This document shows, piece after piece, positions 59,314 through 64,000 of a DNA stretch of 64,000 nucleotides (its first letter is position 1; every line of letters starts with the position of its first letter). The stretch comes from Octopus bimaculoides (lineage: Eukaryota): NCBI RefSeq assembly GCF_001194135.2, contig NC_068992.1, positions 34,573,225 through 34,637,224 on the forward strand, in the 5' to 3' direction. Below the pieces are notes generated by a model. It was not told where the DNA came from and did not search any database. It was given only the letters and a program-made list of their open reading frames with translations. Made by a program: the position numbers and the translations under genes.

Positions 59314-61560
59314 TACCACTCTTTCTTTCATTCTCTGAGCATCTTATTAGTACTTTGCATGTATCATGTCCTGGCATTGTTGTATTTTTTGTTTGTCTTT
59401 TTTCTCCATTTTTTCTTATTAATTATGTATATGTATATGTATATAGAGGGAAAGAGAGAATAACAGATTAACTAGATTGCTAACAGTTCTTGGTTTTGTG
59501 AGCAAGAAACAATATTTAATCAATTGAAATTACATTTACAATGAAAAAAAAGAATCATTATCAATAATAACACTTCTTGACAAAGGGACCCACTGGAAAA
59601 AACTCTGAAATTTAAATTGATTAAAAATTAAATGGAAACATGCAGTGGAGATCAAATCTTATCTTTGTTGTGTACAATGGGTGCAGCAAACATGTTTTGT
59701 TGTTAGATCTTTTAAGTTAAACATAAGTCTAATATACAACTGCTCTACATTAGGACAACTTTTAGTTTCATTGGGAAAAATATTAAATGATTTAAGGAAA
59801 ATTTCCCTGGGATACCTTCACATATGGATGAGAATAGGCAAAAATACTTAATGCACTGAGCAAAAAAGTTTTTAATCAAGTAAATTTTAAAAGGTTGGCT
59901 ATATAGTTAGCTTCATATTAGATATAATACTTCATTACAATTGGCTAAATGTGTAGAATAACTTGTAATAAGATTGCTATGTTGGACTTTTACCCTAATA
60001 AAACTAACTGTTATATCTCACCATTCTACAGAAGTCATACTGAAATTTTATGTTCTAAGACTCTTTAATATTATTTTCTTTCACATTTTAAAGCAAATTA
60101 ACATAATTCAGGGGTTCACCTATTATGGGTTATTATATGCAAATTTGAAAGTATTTGATATTTATGTTTCTCTTTATCTACAATGATGTTAAATAGGTAT
60201 GAAATTAATACATACAAAAATATTAATTCAAACTCCACTATATACATTTTCCAAGGTTCTGTTGAAAATGATGAATCTGCTTTCTCTCAGTTGTTAAGGT
60301 GACAGTAAGTACCAAAAGATTTCACTTTCCTGGGTCATTAGTGGTAAGAAAAATACCCTCCTGAAACACAAAAAATAACCAAAATATTCAGAACAATTTT
60401 ACTTGTGTTAATACACAAAGCAATTACAGATATGTTAACCATATTAAAGAAAAGACAGCATGTTTATAAACAAGTACACTTCTTGTAGACATTTTGAATG
60501 CTGAAAAAATTTAGAGAAAGCAACAGATGGATTAACAAAATGTAATTGTAAATAATCAAGAACAGAGAAAATGTATTAGACACAGTTGATAGACCATCAT
60601 TCCCATTGTTTTACTTATATGTAAAAGGTTTTACTTAACCACATTTTAAAAACTTGACAAAGTAACTAAAAATTATAACAATATCTCATTTAAATAAAAG
60701 AAATAAAACTAAGAGATTTTTCTATACTCGAAAGTAAAATCATATCAGTATGAATTATACTTGTATGATTTCATAATTCAATTAATATACTTCTCATATA
60801 TCATACAATAAAATAGCTTTATGGCATCATAAAAAGACTTTCATTTAATATATTTCAGTTACCTAATCTAATTATTTTATTGATTTGTATAGATCAGAGT
60901 TAAACTACCATGTCTAATCTACCATATGACTTTCATAATTTAATATCATTCAAAATTTAATAAATATCTATCATCATTGATACAATATCTCAGTTACCTC
61001 ACTCATATTTTTGATAGCATCCAAATCTACTTTCATAAATGCAACCGAGATATACATAATTGCTTTTACAGTTGTTCTATTCAATCAATATGTAACTATC
61101 ATCATAATGTAAAATTTTCAAAATAACAATCATTTGATATTTTTGAAAACCAAAGCCAATTAAAAGATGCTAAAATAAATACTTCAAATGAAGAACATAG
61201 AACAGACTATTAAATATATTTAGTATTCATTTGAAATTAATGATAATACAGTCTGAAGGAGTTGTCTAAAATGCAATAATGGATTCAAATATATGCATAG
61301 ATGTTTAATTAAAACCATTATCTTTCTTACTGGATTCTGCAGAATATAAGTTTTCCCATTTTCCTTTTGCCATCTAACTCTTCTGGAAAACTTTCTGTAA
61401 GCTGCCATAACCAATTATCTATTGCTGAGAAAGTCAAAATTTCCTCTAATATATCTTTGAAAGAAAATCTTCAGTTTTAGCATAAATCTCATCACTATAA
61501 TTACAACATTCTTCTTAATTATCTTCATCACCACTATGGTTTTGAATATAAGTGTGGGAA

Positions 61561-62060
61561 GAGACATAGCTATGTGGCATGTTGGGCAAGTGTCTTCTAC
61601 AATAGTCTCCAGTTAATCACAGCCTTGTGAATGGGTTTGGGTGTTGGAAACGGAAAGAAGACTATTACATATACATATATATATATATATAAATATGTGT
61701 GTGTGTGTGTTGGTCTCTCCTTGTCTTAACATTGTGCAATATTTAATTTAATACTGAGTAGGGTGGCAAGTTGGCAAAACCATTAGCACACTAGGTGAAA
61801 CGCATTTTGTCCATCTTCATGTTCCACATTCAAATTCCGGTCAGGTCATCTTTATCTTTCATCTTTCCAGGGTCAATAAAATAAGTACCAGTTGAGCGGT
61901 GGAGGGGGTGTTGATGTAATCAACTTACCCCATTACATGAAATTGCTGGCCTTGTGCCAAAATGTGAAATCAACATTGTAAATGAGTGCCATTGTCATTC
62001 AGATAGTGTCATTCATTGCAAATTTTCCATTAAAACATGTTGCTAGAGGAAAGTATTATT
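61561..62060 (+). mobile_element. Decayed family B SINE with a family A SINE (61758-61972) inside it
   Basis: gttgggcaagtgtcttctacaatag... then agggtggcaagttggcaaaacc...aataagtaccagttgag. Confidence 0.65.
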
Positions 62061-63297
62061 TTGCCAGAGAACAGGAGAGATTTGTCAACATGAAAGACAT
62101 CTAGCTGTAGAAAAATGTGCTTTAACAAATTTCCCCAAGGTTATACAAATAGAGAAATGCAGACATAAAAACATGATGATGTTTTTGTGGTTGTTTGAAG
62201 CAAAATGGAAGATACTAATAATTTCAGATGACAAAATAATTGTAACAACTGATGTTTTTTTCATGCAAAAGTGCATTGCATGGACTGATTTCCACTTATA
62301 AATTCAACCAGGACAAGAACTCACTTCCTAAGAATGAGCTGTTGTATCAGGGTGACCACCTAAATTGATAAACATTTTGGCTACTCTCCAGCATAATCCA
62401 CCATAACTTTTACTGGATTACCAATCTTTACCTCAAACATACCATTAGCAATATATATTCATTTTCCAAAAATGGAAATCTAAATTTAGTCATTCAACCC
62501 ACAATAAAGAGCAAGCAAATTCCTTCAAATATACTATTATCCATCTTAGAAAAGAAGGAATCATTGGCTAACGTAGTTAAAGATAATAAAAGCATACTGA
62601 ATAATTTTCTTGGCTTAACTGACTTTGCTTGTAGGACAAATCTGGGAGTAAAAAACAACTAATGTAATCACTTGTTCACTTTTGATATAGGCATTGCAAG
62701 TGTTCAGGAGTATTCCTGGTGATATGCTCTGCTTCCAGTTTGTAAAGAGCTCTTTTAAACTATCCAAGTCCAGAAAAGCAACAGTTATCAATTGTTGTTG
62801 ATGTTAATCACTCATTTTTTAACCATCTTTAAAATTTGAATATAATGGGTATAAAATATACGTAAAACTATATAAGATACATTTTTAAAGGTACTAAGAA
62901 ACTAATATGACAGCAACTCTTCTGTCAAGAGAGTTGCCAAACAAGAGATAGTCAGTTAATTCAAGAATATTATCAAGGCATTAAAGTTTGAATAGCTTTC
63001 TATAAGAAAGAGTAAAAGAATGCATCCTAAACACACAAGAAATTACAAGATTTGCTTATAAATGAAATAGATCATCTATTTTTATATGACTACATGGCAT
63101 TTGGGTGGATTTAGTAGAGTCAATTCTGCTGCAATTATTTGGGCCATGTCTTTGATCTGAGAGTAACTTATTTCCTTCCTCCCTCTAATCTTGAAGACCC
63201 TGATAAGGATCATGGGAGCCTCCTCAAATAGTCATTAAACTGGAAAAGTACTTTGAAAGCAAGTTATTTTAATTGAAGCTAAGGTTTAAAAAAAAAA

Positions 63298-63345
63298 AGG
63301 TGCTAGTATACCTTTGAAAGGTGCTAGTATACCTTTGAAAGGTGC
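63298..63345. repeat. 21-bp tandem duplication
   Basis: (aggtgctagtatacctttgaa) twice, followed by aggtgc. Confidence 0.9.
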
Positions 63346-64000
63346 ATATTTAAAAAAAAATATTTTTAAAAAAATATTACTTCATGTTTCTTTATACTCA
63401 CAAATCTAGTTTAGAGTACATTTCCCAATTTTCCCTTACATTAAAATTATTAACTAATAAATTTTAGAAAATGTCAATCAATGACAAAAACACTGTCCTG
63501 TCTCTTCCAAGTAATTAACCTGAAGAAATAAAAAACAATTCATGTATACTTAAGTTACCCTCAAGACTTTTGTGAGATACATAACAGGATTTGAGTTGTA
63601 GAGATAAATTCAGATTAAACAAAACATTCAGAGATACTATGTATTCCCTAAAGCATATATTTAAAATGAATAAATTATATAAAGAATTTGAAGACTGTTA
63701 TTTTTAGGTGAACAACTTCCTCTATGTTATTTGCTTCTTGCTCAGATAGTGACTTTCAGTGCAGTAACTAAATCTCACTGGAACTATTCTAAATAACAGG
63801 AATACATGCTTGATAATGCTGCCATACATACTTCTGAAAATGACAAGTATCTCAATATTGAAATACGTTTTGCTCATACTGCTACCCAATTAGGGATGAT
63901 CTATGACTAAAAACATAATAATCATAAGATGGAATAAATAGCCCATGAAAACAGAATAATAAAACGTTTTTCTTTTCATAGATGGCCCTTGTGTATCATA

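Noticed and set aside
1-64000. CRISPR arrays, prokaryotic operons or an intact protein-coding host gene
   Set aside because: No repeat-spacer arrays, no long uninterrupted ORF and no consistent exon chain were seen; the sequence is animal non-coding DNA.

Overview
AT-rich, microsatellite-rich eukaryotic DNA made up largely of transposon-derived sequence. The repeat set (tRNA-derived SINEs resembling the octopus OK/OR families, abundant RTE LINEs, long (TA)n/(CA)n/(TAA)n tracts) points to a coleoid cephalopod, most likely Octopus. This is an inference from remembered repeat families, not a database result. I found no confidently identifiable host-gene exon, so the window is probably intronic or intergenic. 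Every ORF-track hit I could assign is a decayed transposon fragment, a microsatellite artefact or an N-gap artefact. Recognised elements: five copies of one RTE LINE lineage plus an RTE-X and a second RTE remnant; CR1-like LINE fragments; a Dong/R4-like RLE LINE inside (TAA)n; two substantial Penelope-like elements (RT plus C-terminal GIY-YIG) and one very decayed one; two mariner elements with TIRs and TA TSDs; a maT/DD37D-like element; hAT transposase fragments and a hAT MITE with an 8-bp TSD; a probable solo LTR; more than 20 SINEs; two 5S rRNA-derived copies; and several fold-back elements. The most interesting signals are (i) minimal hammerhead ribozyme motifs in Penelope pseudo-LTRs, including a compensated U3:A8 core variant in both inverted termini of the 23.3-27.5 kb element, (ii) small fold-back elements carrying hammerhead-like motifs, (iii) a pair of 5S-derived retroposon-like copies, one with a twin-priming-style inversion, and (iv) an unclassified TTAA-bounded long-TIR element inside nested inverted repeats. 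Many element boundaries are approximate; percent identities are by-eye estimates.
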